DNA of 64,000 nucleotides, from NCBI GenBank assembly GCA_022072505.1, contig JAJVHU010000029.1, positions 5,917 through 69,916 of the forward strand, written 5' to 3'. The position numbers and the translations under genes were made by a program. A model generated the notes under the pieces. That model made no database searches, was not told the origin of the DNA, and saw only the letters and a program-made list of their open reading frames with translations. Source of the stretch: Phycisphaerae bacterium (GTDB taxonomy: Bacteria > Planctomycetota > Phycisphaerae > UBA1845). How positions within the stretch are numbered: position 1 is the stretch's first letter; each line of letters starts with the position of its first letter. Positions 28,064 to 35,519 of this stretch are shown piece by piece.

Positions 28064-28942
28064 TTGCAAGATCCGCAATCGACAACCCAGGCAACCGCGT
28101 CCTTCCGGGCGCGGCCCGGTTTTTCGGAAACGTCGCAAGTGCGGCGGGGTCTCCTCGGCTCGCGAGGCGTGCTGGCGGCGGGGTCGCTGGCGCGTCGGGA
28201 GGTGGTGCGGTTTCTGCGGCAGCCTGGTCGGATCGTCGGGGCGGTGTCGACGCCGGTGTTGTTCTGGTTTCTGCTGGGGTCGGGGCTGGGGCGGTCGTTC
28301 AACGTCGAGGGCGTCGGGGAGGGGGGATACCTGGAGTACGCTTTCGCGGGGGCGCTGGCGATGGTGGTGCTCTTCACGGCGATTTTCTCGACGATCACGG
28401 TGATCGAGGATCGTCGGGAGGGGTTCCTTCAGGGGGTGCTGGCGTCGCCGGCGCCGCGAGGGAGCATCGTGGCGGGGAAGATTGTCGGGGCGACGATGCT
28501 GGCGGTCGTTCAGGCGGGGTTGCTGCTGGTGCTCGCGCCGCTGACGGGGGTGCGGGTGAGCGCCGGGGGCGTGTTGCATGTGCTGGCGGCGCTGACGGCG
28601 ATGGCGGCGGGGTTGAGCGGACTGGGGCTGGTCGCGGCGTGGCGGGCGGAGTCGGTGCAGGGATATCACGCGGTGATGAACCTGGTGATGATGCCGATGT
28701 GGCTGCTGTCGGGAGCGGTGTTTCCCGCGTCGGGCGCTTCGGGATGGGTTCGTGCGGCGATGACGGTGAATCCGCTGACTTACGGAGTTGCGGAACTGAG
28801 AAGCGCGCTGGGAGGGTCGCGGGAGGCGTTGAGGGCGGCGGGCGCGCCTGGAGCGTCGGCAAGCTGGCTGGTGATGATCGTTTTCGCGGCGGTGATGATC
28901 GTGGCGGCTGAGCGCCTGGCGGGTCGTCGACCGGGGGCGTGA
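28064..28942 (+). CDS. ABC-2 type transporter permease
   Basis: It has six predicted TM helices and lies immediately downstream of the ATPase. It resembles the ABC-2/NosY class. The start codon is TTG and is uncertain. Confidence 0.75.
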   Translation: MQDPQSTTQATASFRARPGFSETSQVRRGLLGSRGVLAAGSLARREVVRFLRQPGRIVGAVSTPVLFWFLLGSGLGRSFNVEGVGEGGYLEYAFAGALAMVVLFTAIFSTITVIEDRREGFLQGVLASPAPRGSIVAGKIVGATMLAVVQAGLLLVLAPLTGVRVSAGGVLHVLAALTAMAAGLSGLGLVAAWRAESVQGYHAVMNLVMMPMWLLSGAVFPASGASGWVRAAMTVNPLTYGVAELRSALGGSREALRAAGAPGASASWLVMIVFAAVMIVAAERLAGRRPGA

Positions 28943-29012
28943 CGCAGGGTCCGGGAAAGCGCGCTTTCTTCCCGGCGCGGATCGGTTACGAACCCGCGGC
29001 AAAGAGGATGCA

Positions 29013-29660
29013 ATGACGGTTGAGGCAAAGATACGTGTGATGACGCCGATGCGGGCGGTCGGCGTGGGGTTGGCGCTGGCGATCGGGGCGTTGGCGCTGG
29101 TCCGCGCGCGGCTTGAGGTTCGGCGCGAGGCGGAGCGTCTGAATGCGGCGCGTGCGGCGGTGGTTTCGGTGGATTACGGGTCGGCGCCGCAGTTCGAGCT
29201 GACGGAGCGCAGCGGAAGGACGGTGACGAGCGCGGACCTGAAGGGGAAAACCTGGGTGGCGAGCTTCATCTTCACTCGATGCCTGGGACCGTGTCCGCAG
29301 ATGACGGAGAACACGCGGCGTTTGCAGGACATGCTGGCGGGGGTTCCGGACGTGGTGCTGACGACGTTCACGGTCGATCCGCAATACGACACGCCGGAAG
29401 TTCTGCGGGAATACGCGACGAAGAAGGGGGCGGATCCGCAGCGCTGGCTGTTCCTGACGGGTTCGATCGAGGCGCTGGACGCGGTGCAGGTGAAGGGATT
29501 CCGGATCGGGATGGCTGGGGAGTCGATCCATCACAGCACGTCGTTCGTCCTGGTGGACGGCGAAGGCCGCATCCGGGGGTATTACGACTCGAACGAAAGC
29601 GGGGTGCTGGAAAAGCTGGCGGCGGACGCGGCGGCGCTGGTGAAGGGCGGGGGGTCGTGA
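29013..29660 (+). CDS. SCO1/SenC copper chaperone
   Basis: It has a membrane anchor, a thioredoxin fold with FIFTRCLGPCP (CxxxC) and a downstream His (SIHHS). Confidence 0.85.
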   Translation: MTVEAKIRVMTPMRAVGVGLALAIGALALVRARLEVRREAERLNAARAAVVSVDYGSAPQFELTERSGRTVTSADLKGKTWVASFIFTRCLGPCPQMTENTRRLQDMLAGVPDVVLTTFTVDPQYDTPEVLREYATKKGADPQRWLFLTGSIEALDAVQVKGFRIGMAGESIHHSTSFVLVDGEGRIRGYYDSNESGVLEKLAADAAALVKGGGS

Positions 29661-30109
29661 GCTGGGTGCTGGAGCTGCCCGCGGTGAACGCGGGTCTGAA
29701 CGGCGTTGCGGCGGTACTGCTGATATGCGGGTGGTCGGCGATCCGCGCGGGGCGTCGGGACGCGCACAAGCGGTTGATGCTTGCGGCCCTGGGGACGTCG
29801 GCGTTGTTTCTTGCGTCGTATGCGACGTATCACCTGAATGCGCAATCGCCGAAGTTTCCGGGGCAGGGGTGGGGGAGACCGGCGTATTTCGCGATGCTGA
29901 TCAGTCACGTGGTGCTGGCGGCGGCGGTGGTACCGCTGGCGCTGGTGACGGCGGTCCGGGGTTTGCGGGGGCGGATCGAGGCGCATCGGCGGCTGGCGCG
30001 ATGGACGCTGCCGATCTGGTTGTACGTGTCCATCACGGGGGTGGCGATCTACGTGGTGATGTACGTCGTGTACGGGGCGAAGGCGGCGCTGCGCGGGGCG
30101 GGGGGATGA
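29657..30109 (+). CDS. DUF420 membrane protein
   Basis: GTG at 29657 forms a GTGA overlap with the SCO stop. There are four TM helices, with the segments LNGVAAVLLICGWSAIRAGRRDAHKRLM and HRRLARWTLPIWLYVSITG. The 29279-29656 part of the track ORF overlaps SCO and is not coding. Confidence 0.75.
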   Translation: MSWVLELPAVNAGLNGVAAVLLICGWSAIRAGRRDAHKRLMLAALGTSALFLASYATYHLNAQSPKFPGQGWGRPAYFAMLISHVVLAAAVVPLALVTAVRGLRGRIEAHRRLARWTLPIWLYVSITGVAIYVVMYVVYGAKAALRGAGG

Positions 30110-30140
30110 GAATGCGGAATGTCGAATGCTGAATGCTGAA
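30110..30140 (+). repeat. GAATGCGG-type short tandem repeat immediately after the DUF420 stop codon
   Basis: GAATGCGGAATGTCGAATGCTGAATGCTGAA starts 1 nt after the TGA at 30107-30109. Confidence 0.75.
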
Positions 30141-30276
30141 CCGGGGAGGTTGAATTGAGCGGGGGGCGCGCGCCCGGTTCCGCGCTGGGCCGCGTTGTCG
30201 AGGAGTGCGCCCTGCTGCATCGGATCGGGATTCCGCTTAGATGCGGTTTCAAAACCTCCGGGGCAGGGCGGGAAAA

Positions 30277-30312
30277 GAACGCTTCCTGACGGGCGCGGCT
30301 CGGTTTTGCAAC
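30277..30312 (+). repeat. REP-like dispersed element, copy 1 (GAACGCTTCCTGACGGGCGCGGCTCGGTTTTGCAAC)
   Basis: The same roughly 36-nt sequence recurs at 54250-54285 and 59840-59875 as the reverse complement, and in part at 54461-54488. Degenerate copies lie at 34821-34842 and 35447-35477. Confidence 0.8.
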
Positions 30313-30485
30313 AGCGTCTTATTCTCGTTCAGGGCGATGGGGAGCGGATGAACGCGCTCCGCGCGCGGGCGGGGTTTTCGCCGGGGGCCGCGGTCGATCG
30401 ATCGGTTGGTCCGGCGGTCGGTCCGTTGGGCGTCGGTCGGGCGATCGGGTCGTTCGGGCGGCGGTTTTTCCGAGTTGTGGGCGGT

Positions 30486-30513
30486 TTGCGGCGGCGCGCG
30501 GGTTCGCTAGAAT
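30486..30513 (+). promoter_or_regulatory. candidate sigma70-type promoter for the cox operon (TTGCGG-N16-TAGAAT)
   Basis: This is the only AT-rich hexamer pair in the 540-bp gap upstream of cox II. TAGAAT lies at 30508-30513 and TTGCGG at 30486-30491. The call rests on the pattern match only. Confidence 0.25.
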
Positions 30514-30680
30514 GCCGCTCCCTTCCGGGTCGGCGCGGACTTGGCGGGAGGGGTCGGGGCTTGCCCGGCGGGGGGTTGAAGAGATTCAGGCGTTGTTGAA
30601 GAACCCGTGATCGGCAAGGCGGGCGTTCGCCTCCTTGCGGGACGGCGTTGTTCTTCGGCAACGTCCTACATCCTGGAGCA

Positions 30681-31697
30681 ATGACGGTGTCGTTATTGGC
30701 GCAAACACAACCGATGTACTGGCTGCCGCCGGATTACTCGACGCACGGGTGGCAGATCGACCAGTTGATCAACTGGATGCACGTCTTCATGGCGGTGTTG
30801 TTCGTGGGGTGGGGCGCGTTCTTCACGCAGTGCCTCGTGAAGTACCGCTACCGGCGCAACCCGACGGCCCTTTATGAGCCGATCAAGGCGAAGGCGTCGA
30901 AGGTGGTCGAGGCGGCGGTGGTGGTGATCGAGGTGGTGCTGCTGGTGGCGTTCGCGATCCCGGTGCTGGCGGAATACAAGAACGATCCGCCGAAGCCGGA
31001 AGACAATCCCTTCGAGGTTCACGTCGTCGCGCAGCAGTTCGCGTGGAACATTCACTATCCCGGTCCGGACGGGAAGTTCGGCAAGCGGAATCCGAAGCTG
31101 GTCAGCGACGCCAACAGCAACCCGCTCGGACTGGACCGCGACGGCGACCCGGACGCCAAGGATGACATCGTCGGCAACAACGAGATGCACCTGCCGGTGG
31201 GGCGCCCGATCATCGTCAAGCTGACGTCGAAGGACGTGATTCACTCGTTCTCCGTGCCGATGCTGCGGGTGAAGCAGGACACCGTGCCGGGGATGGAGAT
31301 TCCGGTCTGGTTCACGGTGAAGGAAGGGACGAGCAGCGACGCGATCCGGGAGACCATGATCCGCACGGTGGCGGTGCCCGCCGCGGGCGCGAACCCGCGG
31401 GATTTCGTGCTGTGGTGTACGAACAACATCGCGGTCGAGGACATCAAGGGCTCCGACGGGACGGTGATCGTGGGCAAGGGGCGCGAGCCGAGCGCGGAGC
31501 ACCTCGAGGCGCTTCAGAAGGCGGGGATCGGCGAGATCCGCGTCGCCCCGCGGCATCCGGTCGAGATCCACTGCACGCAGCTTTGCGGCATCACGCATTA
31601 CAAGATGCGCGGGTTCGTCATTCTGATGCCTCCGGACGAGTTCGAGACGTGGTACGCGGAGCAGGCGGCGGGCGGCGACGAATTCATTGAGGAATGA
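30681..31697 (+). CDS. ctaC: cytochrome c oxidase subunit II (CuA; no fused cytochrome c)
   Basis: ATG at 30681 follows a GGAG RBS. There are two N-terminal TM helices, the segment DVIHSFSVPMLRVKQDTVPG and the CuA loop HCTQLCGITHYKM. Confidence 0.85.
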   Translation: MTVSLLAQTQPMYWLPPDYSTHGWQIDQLINWMHVFMAVLFVGWGAFFTQCLVKYRYRRNPTALYEPIKAKASKVVEAAVVVIEVVLLVAFAIPVLAEYKNDPPKPEDNPFEVHVVAQQFAWNIHYPGPDGKFGKRNPKLVSDANSNPLGLDRDGDPDAKDDIVGNNEMHLPVGRPIIVKLTSKDVIHSFSVPMLRVKQDTVPGMEIPVWFTVKEGTSSDAIRETMIRTVAVPAAGANPRDFVLWCTNNIAVEDIKGSDGTVIVGKGREPSAEHLEALQKAGIGEIRVAPRHPVEIHCTQLCGITHYKMRGFVILMPPDEFETWYAEQAAGGDEFIEE

Positions 31698-31721
31698 CGG
31701 CGGTCGCATAAGGAACAGGGC

Positions 31722-33515
31722 ATGAGCGGCGGACATCATCACGATCACGGCGGCGGGCATCACGGGCACGAGCCCGCGCTGCACGGGCATCATCACGAGC
31801 CCGGATTCATCGGGAAATACCTCTTCTCGGTGGATCACAAGGTCATCGGCGTGCAGTACACGGTGACCGCGCTGGTCTTCCTGCTGGTGGGCTTCTCGAT
31901 GATGCTCATCATGCGGTGGCAGTTGGCGCGTCCGGGCGAGGCGGTTCCCCTGGTGGGATCGCTGCTGTCGCAACTGGGCATCACGCACGCGCAGACGAAG
32001 GCGCTGACGAACGAAGGTTACAACATGCTGGGGGCGATGCACGGGACGATCATGGTGTTCCTGGGCGTCGTGCCGCTGGCGGTGGGCGGGTTCGGCAACT
32101 ACGTGATGCCGTTGCAGATCGGGGCGAAGGACATGGCGTTCCCGAAGCTCAACATGATGAGCTACTGGGTGTACCTGTCCGGCGGCATCGTGATGATGGC
32201 GAGCTTCTGGGCCAACGGCGGGGCGGCGCAATCCGGGTGGACGTCGTATCCGCCCCTGGCGAACACGGCGCTATCGGGTCAGACGTGGTGGCTGGTCGGG
32301 ATGGTGCTGCTGATCACGTCGTCGCTGCTGGGGTCGGTGAACTTCATCGTCACGATCATGCACCTGCGGGCGAAGGGGCTGTCGATGTGGCGGCTGCCGT
32401 TTTTCGTCTGGGCGCAGTTCGTGACGGCGTTCCTGCTGCTGCTGGCGTTTCCGCCGCTGGAGGCCGCGGGCGTGATGCAGTTGATGGACCGCGTCGCGGG
32501 AACGAGCTTCTTCATGCCCGAGGGGTTGATCGTCAGCGACAAGCCGACGGCGTGGACGGGCGGCGGAAGTCCGCTGTTGTGGCAGCACCTGTTCTGGTTC
32601 CTGGCGCACCCGGAGGTGTACGTGCTGATCCTTCCGGCGATGGGGATCGTGGGGGAGATCATCGCGAACAACACGCGGAAGCCGCTGTGGGGGTACACGA
32701 CGCTGGTGTACTCGATCATTTTTCTGGGGTTCATGTCGTTCATCGTGTGGGCGCACCACATGTACATGACGGGGATGGGGACGGCGCTGTCCACGTTCTT
32801 CCAGGCGACGACGATGATCATCTCGGTTCCGTCGGTGATCATTCTGACGTGCTTCATCATCAGTCTTTACGGGGCGCGGATCCGGTACAACACGCCGATG
32901 CTTTTCGCGCTGGCGTTCCTGCCGATGTTCGCGATCGGCGGGCTGACCGGTCTGCCGCTGGGGCTGGCGGCTTCGGACATTCACCTGCACGACACGTATT
33001 ACGTGATCGGGCATTTCCACTACGTGGTGGCGCCGGGGACGATCATCGCGTTGTTCGCGGGGATTTATTACTGGTTTCCGAAGGTGACGGGGCGGCGGAT
33101 GAGCGAGTTTCTCGGCAAGCTGCACTTCTGGCCGACGCTGATCGGGATGAACATGGTGTTCGGACCGATGTTCTTCGTGGGGATCGTGGGGGTGCAGCGG
33201 CGCTTGTGGACGCAGACGGATTATCAGCTCGGTCAGATGACGCAGTACTGGGTGGTGTTCTCGTCGGTGGGCGCGGCGGTGCTGGGTCTGGGTCAGCTTC
33301 CGTTCATCTGGAACTTCTTCAGCAGCATCTTCGCGGGGAGGAAGGCGGAGCAGAACGCGTGGGAGGCGACGACGCTGGAGTGGGCGGCCGCTCCGTCGCC
33401 TCCGCCGCACGGCAACTTCCTCGCCGACCCGGTGGTGGTGTGCGGGCCGTATGAGTACAGCGTTCCGGGCAGTCCGAAAGATTACTGCCCGCAGTGTCAA
33501 ACGTCGGAGGCGTAA
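31722..33515 (+). CDS. ctaD: cytochrome c oxidase subunit I
   Basis: It shows the canonical heme-copper oxidase helices (WFLAHPEVYVLILPAMG, VWAHHMYMTG, HDTYYVIGHFHYV). The N-terminus is His-rich. Confidence 0.95.
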   Translation: MSGGHHHDHGGGHHGHEPALHGHHHEPGFIGKYLFSVDHKVIGVQYTVTALVFLLVGFSMMLIMRWQLARPGEAVPLVGSLLSQLGITHAQTKALTNEGYNMLGAMHGTIMVFLGVVPLAVGGFGNYVMPLQIGAKDMAFPKLNMMSYWVYLSGGIVMMASFWANGGAAQSGWTSYPPLANTALSGQTWWLVGMVLLITSSLLGSVNFIVTIMHLRAKGLSMWRLPFFVWAQFVTAFLLLLAFPPLEAAGVMQLMDRVAGTSFFMPEGLIVSDKPTAWTGGGSPLLWQHLFWFLAHPEVYVLILPAMGIVGEIIANNTRKPLWGYTTLVYSIIFLGFMSFIVWAHHMYMTGMGTALSTFFQATTMIISVPSVIILTCFIISLYGARIRYNTPMLFALAFLPMFAIGGLTGLPLGLAASDIHLHDTYYVIGHFHYVVAPGTIIALFAGIYYWFPKVTGRRMSEFLGKLHFWPTLIGMNMVFGPMFFVGIVGVQRRLWTQTDYQLGQMTQYWVVFSSVGAAVLGLGQLPFIWNFFSSIFAGRKAEQNAWEATTLEWAAAPSPPPHGNFLADPVVVCGPYEYSVPGSPKDYCPQCQTSEA

Positions 33516-33518
33516 CCC

Positions 33519-34124
33519 TTGTCGCACGAGCTTCTTCCTTACACGGTCAAGGCGCATCCCGTCACCGGGATGTACAGCGGGAAGCTGGGGACGTGGTTGT
33601 TCCTGGCGAGCGAGGTCATGCTCTTCGGGGCGTTGTTCTCGTCGTACATTCTGCTGCGGATCGGCAACCCCGGCGTGTTCGATCATCACGTGACGGGGTT
33701 GAACGTCTGGATCGGGCTGATCAACACGTTCGTGCTGATCGTCTCCAGCGTCTGCATGGTGCTGGCGTGGGCGAGGCTGCACGAGCAGGATCTGCCCGGA
33801 TGCCGCAAGTACCTGGCGTGGACGCTGGTGTGCGCGGTCTTCTTCCTCGTGGTGAAGTTCATCTTCGAGTACAAGTACAAGTGGGACCACGGGACGTACC
33901 CCTCGACGAACCCGTTCTACGCCTGCTACTTCACGATGACGGGGCTGCACGCGCTGCACATCGTCGGGGGGATCGTGGTCATCGGGTACTTCCTGGGTCC
34001 GGGAAGCAGGCTGTATCACACCAACCCCGAGTATTACACGAACCGGATCGAATGCACGGGGTTGTACTGGCACTTCGTCGATATCGTGTGGATTTTCCTG
34101 TTTCCGGTCTTATACTTGTTGTAG
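33519..34124 (+). CDS. ctaE: cytochrome c oxidase subunit III
   Basis: The segments LFLASEVMLFGALF, YFTMTGLHALHIVGG and YWHFVDIVWIFLF are present. Confidence 0.9.
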   Translation: MSHELLPYTVKAHPVTGMYSGKLGTWLFLASEVMLFGALFSSYILLRIGNPGVFDHHVTGLNVWIGLINTFVLIVSSVCMVLAWARLHEQDLPGCRKYLAWTLVCAVFFLVVKFIFEYKYKWDHGTYPSTNPFYACYFTMTGLHALHIVGGIVVIGYFLGPGSRLYHTNPEYYTNRIECTGLYWHFVDIVWIFLFPVLYLL

Positions 34125-34136
34125 GAGAGCTTCGCC

Positions 34137-34550
34137 GTGGAAGCCGCGCATCACGTGGACGTCAAGGCGCATGTGCGCAAATACATGATCGTGTTCGCCG
34201 CGCTGACGGCGGGGACGATCCTGACCGTGGCGGCGTCGTGGCTGCCGGTGTCGTTCACCGGGCACGTCGTCATCGCCCTGCTGATCGCCCTGGTGAAGGG
34301 GACGCTGGTGGCGGCGTTCTTCATGCACCTGGTGTCGGAGCGGAAGGCGCTGTACTCGATCCTGATCCTGACGGTGGGGTTCTTCTTCGTGCTGCTGGCG
34401 CTGCCGAGCTTCATGCACGGGGAGATGGCGTCGCACCCGCAGATTCACGTGGCGCCGGGCGTGGCGCCGCCGGCGCACGACGATCACGGCGGCGGACACG
34501 GCTCGGCGGAGCACGCGACCGACGGCGCGGCGGAGAAAGGCGGATCCTGA
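34137..34550 (+). CDS. ctaF: cytochrome c oxidase subunit IV (bacterial CtaF/QoxD-like)
   Basis: It is a three-TM small subunit with the segments HVRKYMIVFAALTAGTILTV and LVKGTLVAAFFMH. It lies directly after subunit III. Confidence 0.75.
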   Translation: MEAAHHVDVKAHVRKYMIVFAALTAGTILTVAASWLPVSFTGHVVIALLIALVKGTLVAAFFMHLVSERKALYSILILTVGFFFVLLALPSFMHGEMASHPQIHVAPGVAPPAHDDHGGGHGSAEHATDGAAEKGGS

Positions 34551-34551
34551 C

Positions 34552-34758
34552 GTGTCCCTGAAGGCGTTCCACGTTTTCTTCATCATCCTTTCGACGATGA
34601 TGTCCGCCGGATGCGGGTTGTGGGCGGCGCGCGAGTACGCGACGACGAAGGAGGGGTGGCTGCTGGCGTTCGCGGGGGTCTGCACGGCGGCGACGCTGGC
34701 GTGCCTCGGCTACGGGGCGTGGTTCATCCGCAGCAAGAAACACCTCAGCTACATCTGA
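34552..34758 (+). CDS. small two-TM membrane protein, oxidase-operon associated
   Basis: The GTG start lies 1 nt after the subunit IV stop. There are two clear hydrophobic helices (FHVFFIILSTMMSAGCGLWAA and LLAFAGVCTAATLACLGYGAWF). I recognise no homology. Confidence 0.5.
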   Translation: MSLKAFHVFFIILSTMMSAGCGLWAAREYATTKEGWLLAFAGVCTAATLACLGYGAWFIRSKKHLSYI

Positions 34759-34820
34759 GCGATGGGGCGGAGTCAAATTGTGAATGATGAATGACCTGTG
34801 ACCGATGACCGAGCCGGGAC

Positions 34821-34842
34821 AGGCGGGCGCGGCTCGGTTATG
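34821..34842 (+). repeat. REP-like element, degenerate copy (AGGCGGGCGCGGCTCGGTTATG), forming an 8-bp hairpin with 34809-34816
   Basis: The shared core is CGGGCGCGGCTCGGTT. CCGAGCCG (34809-34816) pairs with CGGCTCGG (34830-34837). Confidence 0.6.
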
Positions 34843-34972
34843 ACGCAGAGATCGAATGCATCTGAGGCAACAACATCCCGTGTTTGCAGGCCGGGGCGCC
34901 GAGGATCAGGCGGTGCGGCGGACGTCCGGCGGCGCGCGCGGCGTCGGATCGAGGGGGCGGCGGGCGCGGTGG

Positions 34973-35191
34973 ATGACGTTGTCGCTGCTGACGATGGCAT
35001 CGCTTCTGCTGCGGGCGCCGGCCGTTCAGGCGTGCGCGGTGTGCTTCGGCAAGTCGGACGATCCGATGGTGCGCGGGGCGGCGGCGGGGGTGATCTTCCT
35101 GGCGATCGTTGTTTACGGCGTGTTGTTTTCCTTCGCGGGGATTGCGGGTTTGTTCTTCCTCAAGGCCCGGCGGTTGTCCCGCCGCGGATAA
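34973..35191 (+). CDS. small secreted/membrane CxxC protein (72 aa)
   Basis: It has a signal-like N-terminus (MTLSLLTMASLLLRAPAVQA), a CAVCFG motif, then one TM helix and a basic tail. The upstream part of the track ORF (34856-34972) is Arg/Gly-rich and unlikely to be coding. Confidence 0.45.
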   Translation: MTLSLLTMASLLLRAPAVQACAVCFGKSDDPMVRGAAAGVIFLAIVVYGVLFSFAGIAGLFFLKARRLSRRG

Positions 35192-35446
35192 CGGGCGTCC
35201 GACTCTTCTGCGGCGCGACCGTGCCGCGTGTCCGTCATTCCCGAGCCCGGACCGTCCAGGGGACATTTCAATCATCCCGCGGCGCAACCGAGGTTCATTC
35301 CGGCTTCTCCGGTCGTGATTGACGGGTTCGGATTCACCGACGCCTCGCCGGTTCAAGCGCGGCTTCCAGGAGTTTCGACGGCGTGGTGGGGATCAAAGCT
35401 CCGGACTCTTGCGCTGCCGCAAAACGTTCGGAGGAGGCCGGGATAC

Positions 35447-35477
35447 GATCGCTTCCTTACCGGCGCGGTTCGGTATG
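35447..35477 (+). repeat. REP-like element, degenerate copy (GATCGCTTCCTTACCGGCGCGGTTCGGTATG)
   Basis: It aligns with copy 1 with several mismatches. It lies in the intergenic DNA between the small cox-linked ORF and feoB. Confidence 0.55.
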
Positions 35478-35519
35478 TAAGACACGGCCGGCGGGAATCT
35501 TTCGGTTGGGATGCCGGGG

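Noticed and set aside
29279-29656. First 126 codons of the 276-aa track ORF
   Set aside because: It overlaps the SCO1 gene in another frame and is Gly/Arg-rich. The DUF420 homology begins at the GTG at 29657.
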